Under the pieces are notes generated by a model. The model was not told the origin of the DNA and searched no databases. It was given only the letters and a program-made list of their open reading frames with translations. A DNA stretch of 18,847 bases from Candidatus Thorarchaeota archaeon (lineage in GTDB: Archaea; Asgardarchaeota; Thorarchaeia; Thorarchaeales; Thorarchaeaceae), in NCBI GenBank assembly GCA_029858305.1, contig JAOUFI010000040.1:1-18847 (forward strand), in the 5' to 3' direction. Positions 1-7,177 of the stretch are shown here, piece by piece. A program made the translations under genes and the position numbers. Every line of letters starts with the position of its first letter. Position 1 is the first letter of the stretch.

Positions 1-2
1 TT

Positions 3-791
3 ACGTTAATTGGGGCGGCTCTCGCAACAATATATGAGATTGCTGCTTCCTGCGCAATTGGTGGAATCCTAGGCGCAGTGATGGTTGTCTTTGTAAATCG
101 AGAGGAAAATCGTCGGGAGATACTCGAGTTCGAGCTCGGAATGATAATTCTCTTGGTTGGTCTCATGTCTTGGTTGCATCTCAGTCCCATTCTTGCTTGC
201 ATGGTCTTTGGTTTTGTTGTGGGAAATTATGTGAGTCCCGAAAAGGATCCAGTCAGCCACACACTAAAGGTTGTCATGTCCCCAATAGTGATGATTTTCT
301 TCGTCATTGTTGGCGCTTCCATTGACCTATCTGTTGTAGCTGGAATAACAGTAGTCCTTCTGACAGTTGTTTATGTTGGTGGAAGAACATTTGCGAAGTA
401 CTTCGGAGCACTCGCCGGAGCTGTGATAACAAAATCAGATCCTATGACAAAGAAGTATCTCGGATTTTGTCTCATGTCTCAGGCTGGCGTTGCAGTAGGT
501 CTCTCTCTTGTTGTAGAGAGAAGCTTCACACAAATCGGTACACAGGCGGCAATTGATTATGGTGTTCTGATAATCAGCGTTATCGCTCTCACTACGATGG
601 CTCTACAAGTATTCGGACCTATTGCAGCAAGTGAGGGACTTAAACGAGCTGGAGAATACCCACCTGAGATCTGTGTAACTCCTGTAGATGGTCTCTACGA
701 TCTTGAGCAAATCTCTTCAGGCATGAGCAGCGATGCTGTCACAAGTGAAGAAGGTCCACAGGTGCCGGATAGTGAAGATGAATCACTATGA
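3..791 (+). CDS. Cation:proton antiporter (Na+/H+ exchanger, CPA superfamily), 5'-truncated by the window edge
   Basis: Frame is open from nt 3 (TLIGAALATIYEIAASCAIGGILGAV...). Many TM segments, with motifs LSPILACMVFG, FFVIVGASIDL, GRTFAKYFGA, LGFCLMSQAGVAVGL and QVFGPIA typical of Na_H_Exchanger C-terminal halves. Acidic disordered tail. Confidence 0.9.
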   Translation, partial: TLIGAALATIYEIAASCAIGGILGAVMVVFVNREENRREILEFELGMIILLVGLMSWLHLSPILACMVFGFVVGNYVSPEKDPVSHTLKVVMSPIVMIFFVIVGASIDLSVVAGITVVLLTVVYVGGRTFAKYFGALAGAVITKSDPMTKKYLGFCLMSQAGVAVGLSLVVERSFTQIGTQAAIDYGVLIISVIALTTMALQVFGPIAASEGLKRAGEYPPEICVTPVDGLYDLEQISSGMSSDAVTSEEGPQVPDSEDESL

Positions 792-797
792 TAGCTC

Positions 798-805
798 TTA
801 TAAAA
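798..805 (+). promoter_or_regulatory. Candidate archaeal TATA box for the TIGR04076-like gene
   Basis: TTATAAAA ends about 23 nt before ATG 828, consistent with a leaderless transcript. Confidence 0.45.
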
Positions 806-827
806 TACGTTTCAGATAATGCACACC

Positions 828-1136
828 ATGTCAGATAGTACTTGTATCCGTAACGAGCCTTGGCAGATTCTTTGTCGAGTAATACAGCAAGAAGGCACCT
901 GCATGGCAGGCCACAAGGTCGGTGATGAGATTATCTTTACAGGCGAAGAGGTGAAAGGTAAACTCTGCATCAGCGCTATGTGCTCCATGATGCCCAAGAT
1001 TTTTGCAATGATGTATAATGCAAGGTTGCCATGGTTGAAGAATCAATGTGTATCTACACATGCATGCCCAGATAGGTTTAATCCAGTTCTGTTTGAGGTT
1101 CAACGAATCCCTTCAGAAGAAACACAGAAGCATTGA
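828..1136 (+). CDS. TIGR04076-family small Cys-containing protein (alternative start 819)
   Basis: Motifs GTCMAGHKVGDEI, LCISA and ACPDRFNPVLFEVQRI match the family pattern C-x-x-G-H-K-x-G-D...C...CPD-x-x-NPV-x-FE. Confidence 0.8.
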   Translation: MSDSTCIRNEPWQILCRVIQQEGTCMAGHKVGDEIIFTGEEVKGKLCISAMCSMMPKIFAMMYNARLPWLKNQCVSTHACPDRFNPVLFEVQRIPSEETQKH

Positions 1137-1208
1137 ATACACCCCTAATGAGATTGTGAGGGAGTGTTCTTAATATGGACTTCTACCTGCTGGATAGAAG
1201 GTAATTGC

Positions 1209-1697
1209 ATGACACGTGCCTTACACTCGAAAAAGGGACTTGACCTGGTTCTTGTCATCTTCTCTATAAGCATCCTATCGTTAGCACTTTGGACCTGGAT
1301 CTCTGCAATACCTGTGGAAAAGGAAGTAGTATTCCTCGCGACGACAATAGCACTTGTAATCTCACTAGTGCTGATGATAAATGTATCAATACTCGTTATT
1401 CTCCGATTGCAGAAACGAGTCACTGATCTTGAAAGCCTTGTTACTGAGGCTTCTTCAAAAGAAGCGCCCACTGAAAAAGTAGTTGTAATCACTCTTACAA
1501 ATACTGAGCGCCGCATTATCAACCAACTTGAAGATAATGGGGGCCAGATGGCTCAGGATGATCTTCGAAGAAGCACCGGTCTGAGTAAGTCTACCCTTAG
1601 TGTATCCCTGACTGCTCTGGAACGAAAGTCACTTGTAAGTCGCATTGAGAGTGGGCGAACCAAGATGGTTGTATTAAAGCGAACTGTTTCTAGATGA
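1209..1697 (+). CDS. Membrane-anchored winged-helix (MarR-like, COG2512-type) transcriptional regulator
   Basis: Two N-terminal TM helices, a short coiled coil (RLQKRVTDLESL), then LTNTERRIINQLEDNGGQMAQDDLRRSTGLSKSTLSVSLTALERKSLVSRIESGRTKMV. ATG 1209 follows GAAGGT; the ORF track starts at 1164. Confidence 0.85.
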   Translation: MTRALHSKKGLDLVLVIFSISILSLALWTWISAIPVEKEVVFLATTIALVISLVLMINVSILVILRLQKRVTDLESLVTEASSKEAPTEKVVVITLTNTERRIINQLEDNGGQMAQDDLRRSTGLSKSTLSVSLTALERKSLVSRIESGRTKMVVLKRTVSR

Positions 1698-1794
1698 TTT
1701 TTAAAGCAGTCATTATCATTTTGGAACGATTATGAACCATATTAGACTCCTAAATCTCTCTAATGGCACTCATAACCTCCTTTTAATTTCGCGT

Positions 1795-1807
1795 GTGAAC
1801 AGTTCAC
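1795..1807. promoter_or_regulatory. Perfect palindrome, candidate operator
   Basis: GTGAAC-A-GTTCAC in the intergenic region, just upstream of a TATA-like TATTATA near 1819-1825. Confidence 0.5.
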
Positions 1808-1876
1808 TGAAAATGGCTATTATAGAATCAGATGTGCTATATTGGTAGATTATCAAACTCTTGGAAGGTTGAAACG

Positions 1877-3652
1877 ATGGATAGTATGCGAAGACAAACT
1901 GCCACTCTTTTCCTAGTCAGTAGCTTGATTATTCTTAGCCTAGGAACCAGTGCGGTGGCCACCCCAATTTCTGACTCATATAGCATGTCACAGATTGTTA
2001 CGCCGTTCAAAGAGATGCTACCTGGGATCTATGTTGCATCACAATGGTGGAATGAAACCGGAGATGATTATTCAATCAACACCGAACCTAGCTATTTTGT
2101 AGAAATCAATGATTCTCGGTATGTTGCGCAATACTATGTTGAGGACATCTATAATCAGAGCTACACAATTACTGAGAACAGCATCTCCAATTGGACCTCA
2201 GATTGGTCCTTCTCCAATCTCTTGGTTGTTATTATTCTTGATCCAGATGCTACATACATAGCTTGGCTAGCCAATCAAGGGAACACAAGTGATCTTTGGA
2301 GTATCTTCTGGTGGCCTGAATCAGGAGCCCTCTCTGGAGATGAAGTGTTCATCTATTCCTCGTTTTACTATTCTGAATACAATTCAAGTTCATACTACTG
2401 GGCTGAATATACTTGGAGAGATGAGTTCGGTGGGCTTGTGAATCCCAATGATGTGATTCCCTACTTATCTGAAGAATACATGTGGGCTTCCTACATGAAT
2501 GATACCTATGAGTTCGATTATGACTGGCATTACTGTGGTTTTGGTTATGACGTCAACGAAATGTTTCGAACAGATACAACAGAACAGTGGATGCAGCACT
2601 ACTTCTCTGGTCTAAGTGTCTTCAATGATACAAATAACAATAACAGGATGGATTTAGTCTACAGTGAGGTTCCCTATGATTTTGATGAGGATGGTACGAT
2701 TGACTGGACCAATTATGAATTGAACAGGACTGCCTCGGAACTTGTCTATGATTTCTATGCAGATAATGCAAAGATTGGTGAGATTGGTCTTCCTGCTATC
2801 AACTCTGATGGCCAGATTGAATGGAGTGCAGAGGTCATTGATATTAATGGCAACCTCCTGACAACACAGCCATACGACATATGGATATACGGGGCCTATC
2901 CTCTTGGTAGTATGCCTGAAAAGAGTGATCCGCTTCCTGTTACTATTGATAGTTTGAAGCTCACCTTCAGATTTGAAACAACAAATGATGCCGCGGTAAT
3001 CAAGATTGATCAGTTTGTTGGCGACTTCAAAGACCCTATCTCTGGTCTTATACCAATTGAATTGAATGGTCTCGGTCTTACACTCAACTATTGGAGTTCT
3101 TTCTCAAGCTATACGATAACTGGCGAGATACCTGTCGAGCCGCTCCCAGTGACTGGAGGTGAGGAACCTCTCACACCTGAAACTGGTACATATGCTGTGA
3201 CAGATTGGACAGATGCTCCTTCTGCTCCTCTAGAGAGCAATGATGTTCCTGATGGGTTTCTTAGATTCACCGAGGAATCCCATCTCCGCATGACCGTTGA
3301 GTTCGGAGGAACCTATGTCTGGGGTAGTAACGGGCTTACCTATGATGTTGGCACGGCAGTTATGCCTATGTACTTCTACAGCTATGGAATTGAGGCTAGC
3401 ACTCCCTCAGCTGATTTAGCCTTTGCATTAGACTCTTGGTGGGGTCAAACATACTACTATAGCTCGTGCTATGCAAAGTGGGATGGATACTCAGTCACTC
3501 ATGACCCAATCTTTTCAGCTTTCCCAATGAATTCGCCACTCTCTGCTAGCGCCTTCATTACCGGTCTCATTAATTCTGCAATAATTCTTGGAGTAGTTGG
3601 AATTGCCGCAATCATCGTAGTCTGTGCACGAATAAACACAGAACGGAAATAA
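1877..3652 (+). CDS. Secreted, C-terminally membrane-anchored acidic surface glycoprotein (probable beta-sandwich)
   Basis: Signal peptide MRRQTATLFLVSSLIILSLGTSAVA. Tyr/Trp/Asp-rich body with N-x-S/T sequons and DxDxDG-like loops. C-terminal TM (AIILGVVGIAAIIVVCA) followed by RINTERK. ATG 1877 follows AAGGTTGA. Confidence 0.8.
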   Translation: MDSMRRQTATLFLVSSLIILSLGTSAVATPISDSYSMSQIVTPFKEMLPGIYVASQWWNETGDDYSINTEPSYFVEINDSRYVAQYYVEDIYNQSYTITENSISNWTSDWSFSNLLVVIILDPDATYIAWLANQGNTSDLWSIFWWPESGALSGDEVFIYSSFYYSEYNSSSYYWAEYTWRDEFGGLVNPNDVIPYLSEEYMWASYMNDTYEFDYDWHYCGFGYDVNEMFRTDTTEQWMQHYFSGLSVFNDTNNNNRMDLVYSEVPYDFDEDGTIDWTNYELNRTASELVYDFYADNAKIGEIGLPAINSDGQIEWSAEVIDINGNLLTTQPYDIWIYGAYPLGSMPEKSDPLPVTIDSLKLTFRFETTNDAAVIKIDQFVGDFKDPISGLIPIELNGLGLTLNYWSSFSSYTITGEIPVEPLPVTGGEEPLTPETGTYAVTDWTDAPSAPLESNDVPDGFLRFTEESHLRMTVEFGGTYVWGSNGLTYDVGTAVMPMYFYSYGIEASTPSADLAFALDSWWGQTYYYSSCYAKWDGYSVTHDPIFSAFPMNSPLSASAFITGLINSAIILGVVGIAAIIVVCARINTERK

Positions 3653-3667
3653 TCGCCACCACCATTC

Positions 3668-3700
3668 GGGAGCAGTATTCTGCTCCCTCTCTTTTTTCTC
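3668..3700 (+). terminator. Hairpin plus pyrimidine/U-tract terminator
   Basis: GGGAGCAG-TATT-CTGCTCCC (3668-3687) followed by TCTCTTTTTTCTC, 15 nt after the stop codon. Confidence 0.7.
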
Positions 3701-3796
3701 TTCTCGTCTACTGAAACGATTATATGAATCTGAAAATTGAATGTATGCAAGAAGTTTCTTTAATGCAACAACATTATACAGAGGAAAAGAGATTTG

Positions 3797-4288
3797 ATGG
3801 ATGTAGAATTTTTCCGACTTTCAGCTAGGGCAACCCGCCAATGGCGAGATATGGAATTACGCCTAATCACAGAAGCAGAGTGCACTGATCTTGCTTATCG
3901 TCCCAGATCTGGAATGTCCTCACTTGGTTGGGTTCTTGCGCATCAAGCAGCTGTCTATGACTTCTCTTTGAATATGCTAATCAAACAAGGCCCACCAAAG
4001 AACAAGAAACTCTTCAGTCTTTATACTCCGGGAACTTCAGGAGATTGGGTTGGTACACCACTAGCGCAGATTCAGGAATATTATGACTCAAGTGAACGGG
4101 ACCTTCTCAGTTGGATTGAAACAGCCACTGAAGAAGAATTAGAGCGTCGAATAGAGGGAGGCAAAGTTCCTTCATTCTTTGTTGGAAAGACTGTTAGAGA
4201 AGTGTTGGCGGATACCTTCACACATTTAGACTACCATACAGGACATTTGACTGCAATTCGGAAGGATTGGGAAAAATCCCGTAAATGA
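3797..4288 (+). CDS. DinB/YfiT-like family protein (DinB_2)
   Basis: SSLGWVLAHQA and HLDYHTGHL supply the His triad; the segment ATEEELER...TVREVL is typical of the family. Alternative TTG start at 3794. Confidence 0.85.
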   Translation: MDVEFFRLSARATRQWRDMELRLITEAECTDLAYRPRSGMSSLGWVLAHQAAVYDFSLNMLIKQGPPKNKKLFSLYTPGTSGDWVGTPLAQIQEYYDSSERDLLSWIETATEEELERRIEGGKVPSFFVGKTVREVLADTFTHLDYHTGHLTAIRKDWEKSRK

Positions 4289-4308
4289 TTTTTAATGCAT
4301 CAATCCGT

Positions 4309-5094
4309 CTACAGTTTTGCTAGACAGTCTTCGGCATATTTCTTGGCGTCAATGATATTCCTCCCCTGTCTATGTGAAACTTCAATCGTTAAAGGACCTC
4401 TGTAGCCTGAAACGTGAAGTGTTTTCACTGCTTGATGGAGATCTATCTTTCCTTCTCCTGGAACGATATATTGTCTATACCCATCCCCCCCTACAAGACT
4501 TCCATCACTATCCCTAAAGTGGACATTGCCAATCTTACCATTGAAAGCATTGATCATCCACTCGATACTAGAACCGTTGATGTACATGAATTCCATATCG
4601 ATGGTAATTCCAAGTGGCCTGTTGTTGTGCTTGCCTATCTCATTGAGTATGTATTGGTCAACATCTTTGATATATGGAATGTTCTCAAGAGTCAGTATAC
4701 ATCCTGAATTTTCAGCCTCCTTCAGAAGTACTTCAAGCCTCCGTTTCCATTGTGGGCTTGCAAGCTGTTCTTGTTCTGGAAGATGAAGAACTGCCACCTT
4801 TATTTCACGTGCTTTAATGAATGAGAACGCAGAGGAAACAGTTTCATCAAAGTCTTTCTCGTCAAACAAGGTGAGGAATTTTGGCAGGTGGATTGAATAT
4901 GCTCTTAGTTTGAGGTCATCAAGAGCTGCCTGCAGCGTGTCGCCAACCCAATTTGGGAGATTGCTATAATATAGCTCTACTGTATCATATCCTGCATCCT
5001 TTACACGAACCATAGTTCTAATCAGATTCGTCAGGAGCACCTCAGGTGCGGCTAATGACTTAATTCCTCCCAATATTGAACAAGAAATGAACAT
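4309..5094 (-). CDS. Sugar phosphate isomerase/epimerase-like TIM barrel (AP_endonuc_2 family)
   Basis: Motifs AGYDTVEL, SIHLP, VLH, LTLENIP, VHFRDSDG, PGEGKIDL and GYRGPLTIEV. Confidence 0.85.
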   Translation of the reverse strand: MFISCSILGGIKSLAAPEVLLTNLIRTMVRVKDAGYDTVELYYSNLPNWVGDTLQAALDDLKLRAYSIHLPKFLTLFDEKDFDETVSSAFSFIKAREIKVAVLHLPEQEQLASPQWKRRLEVLLKEAENSGCILTLENIPYIKDVDQYILNEIGKHNNRPLGITIDMEFMYINGSSIEWMINAFNGKIGNVHFRDSDGSLVGGDGYRQYIVPGEGKIDLHQAVKTLHVSGYRGPLTIEVSHRQGRNIIDAKKYAEDCLAKL

Positions 5095-5233
5095 TGAGGG
5101 CCTCTCCGATTGCCCTGAGCTCCGGGTTCTTTCTTATATGTTGTTGAATAGACCAAACTAACAATAGACATTCCTATGAGAAAGATATTTCAACACTTTT
5201 TTCTGGGGAGAGATAGGTTAGGAGCAGAATGCC

Positions 5234-6262
5234 GTGCCACGCCACAGAATCCTATTAACAGTCATTGTGAGTTTGACTTTATTATCACTAAGCTCTATGG
5301 TCACCAGCTGTTCACCAGTAGCAAACGATAGTAGAATCGCCTCTTGGTCAGGTGGGTTAATAATCGACCATAATTGTATCGATTTGAGTCTGATTCCCGG
5401 GGAATGGATTGAATCAGCTCAGGACGATATTCGCATCCATTATGCTCATACTAGTCATGGCGGACAGATTACAACTGGTCTCTCTCGACTAGAATCAGCT
5501 AATTCGACCTTCGATGTTTCTATCGGGTATCTTGTACTACCTACTGACAGTGACGCTCTTTGTATTCTTGATGGAAACCCTCCAGAGAGTTACATTACTC
5601 CTGATCTTTATTGGCAGGGAGAGAGCGCTCTGGAGCTTACACAAAAGACAATTGATGACAATCCCGCACTTACAATCTCTCTTTGGTCTTGGTGCACTCA
5701 AGTTGATTCCTACTCAGAGCAAGATGTCCAGGACTATCTTGATGCAATGACTTCTCTTGAAATTGCGAATCCTGATGTCACATTCATCTATATGACTGGT
5801 AATGCTCAGGCTGGCGGAAGCAGCGGATACAATCGTTGGTTACGAAATGAACAGATACGCCAATATTGTTTGGACAATGACAAAATCCTATTTGACTTTG
5901 CAGACCTTGACTGCTGGAGCAATGGCGATTACAGTACCTATGACTATGTTGTAGGTGAAGAAACCCTCGAGATTCCAATCGAACATCCCGACTTCAATGG
6001 TGATGAAGCTGCTCATACCACCTATACGAGTTGTGAACAGAAAGGTAAAGCCTTTTGGTGGCTTGTGGCGAATTTAGCTGGTTGGAACGCTCCCAATCCA
6101 ACAACCATACCTTCGAGCACAACTACTTCTAGTCAAACTAACTCTACCACCTCCACAAATACGCAGATAACTGGACAGATCACCCTGAGTGACGTCTTTC
6201 TGCCAATTTCCATTGTAAGTGTTGTCCTGATTACAGGCTATGCCCTGTTTCGACGACGATAA
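5234..6262 (+). CDS. Secreted, membrane-anchored SGNH-hydrolase-like protein with Thr/Ser stalk
   Basis: Signal peptide. YAHTSHGGQI (block I-like Ser), TFIYMTG, RNEQIRQYC...LFDFADLD and EAAH. PTTIPSSTTTSSQTNSTTST stalk, C-terminal TM and RRR. Confidence 0.65.
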   Translation: MPRHRILLTVIVSLTLLSLSSMVTSCSPVANDSRIASWSGGLIIDHNCIDLSLIPGEWIESAQDDIRIHYAHTSHGGQITTGLSRLESANSTFDVSIGYLVLPTDSDALCILDGNPPESYITPDLYWQGESALELTQKTIDDNPALTISLWSWCTQVDSYSEQDVQDYLDAMTSLEIANPDVTFIYMTGNAQAGGSSGYNRWLRNEQIRQYCLDNDKILFDFADLDCWSNGDYSTYDYVVGEETLEIPIEHPDFNGDEAAHTTYTSCEQKGKAFWWLVANLAGWNAPNPTTIPSSTTTSSQTNSTTSTNTQITGQITLSDVFLPISIVSVVLITGYALFRRR

Positions 6263-6290
6263 AATTGAAAAAGACGAATCAGTGACAAGG

Positions 6291-6298
6291 TTTAAATA
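6291..6298 (+). promoter_or_regulatory. Candidate TATA box upstream of the TspO-like gene
   Basis: TTTAAATA matches archaeal TTTAWATA and lies about 32 nt before ATG 6330. Confidence 0.55.
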
Positions 6299-6329
6299 TT
6301 AAATATAGTTAACAATTGTGGGAGTTTTC

Positions 6330-7133
6330 ATGACAGATAATTATAAGAAATTCCAAATCATAAACATCTTCGCTGTAATTTTCACCATTGTGATGAACGC
6401 GCTTGCCAATATTCTACCATTCAACGGAGTGAACACCGGAACGGTCGCTGACGCATTCCCCAACTTTTTCACCCCGCCCGGTTACGTCTTTGCAATCTGG
6501 GGTGTCATCTACGTCCTACTCTTTGTCTTTATGGTCTATCAGGCAAGAAAGAATCAAGTCAATGCAGAGTATCTAGGTAAAATTGGGTATCTGTATCTGA
6601 TTGGCGCAGTCTTGAATGTGGCTTGGTTGATTCTATTCCACTATTCTTATGGCAATACTCCACTCTTAGTATGGAGCGAGCTACTAATCGTTGGATTCCT
6701 AGTAGTCCTACTATTGACCTATGTCCGTCTTGAGGTTGGAATCAAAGAGGTTTCACTCGGACAGAAGTTGGCTATTCATCTTCCAACTAGTGTCTACTTG
6801 GGATGGATCTCATTGGCTACCATTGCAAACACTGCGGCAGTTCTAAACGCGAACCTGACAATTGCTGTGGATGTTCAGTACATCTGGACAGCCCTAGTCC
6901 TTGTTGTCGCACTTCTCATTACTACTCTGATGATTGTGTTGAGAAGGGATATTGCCTATGGTCTTGTTGTGATTTGGGCCTCTACAGGCATCGCATCAAA
7001 ATGGATGGCGATTCCTCTAATCTACAACACAGCTATAATCGTAGCAATTGTTGTTGCACTGCTCATTCTGATAGTGCCCTTTATCCGGAAAAAGAACTGG
7101 ATCGACTACTACCTCGTTCGAAATATCGAATAA
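6330..7133 (+). CDS. TspO/MBR-related tryptophan-rich sensory membrane protein
   Basis: NALANILPFNG...FTPPGYVFAIWGVIY, LNVAWLILFH, SVYLGWISLATIAN and YGLVVIWA; about 8 TM helices. GGAG lies upstream of ATG 6330. Confidence 0.8.
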   Translation: MTDNYKKFQIINIFAVIFTIVMNALANILPFNGVNTGTVADAFPNFFTPPGYVFAIWGVIYVLLFVFMVYQARKNQVNAEYLGKIGYLYLIGAVLNVAWLILFHYSYGNTPLLVWSELLIVGFLVVLLLTYVRLEVGIKEVSLGQKLAIHLPTSVYLGWISLATIANTAAVLNANLTIAVDVQYIWTALVLVVALLITTLMIVLRRDIAYGLVVIWASTGIASKWMAIPLIYNTAIIVAIVVALLILIVPFIRKKNWIDYYLVRNIE

Positions 7134-7135
7134 AG

Positions 7136-7177
7136 AAGTCTTGGTGAGAGGCACATCCTCTCACCAGTTTACTTTTT
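7136..7177. terminator. Bidirectional hairpin terminator between convergent genes
   Basis: TGGTGAGAGG-CACAT-CCTCTCACCA (7142-7166, 10-bp stem), with a T-rich 3' side and an A-rich 5' side. Confidence 0.7.
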
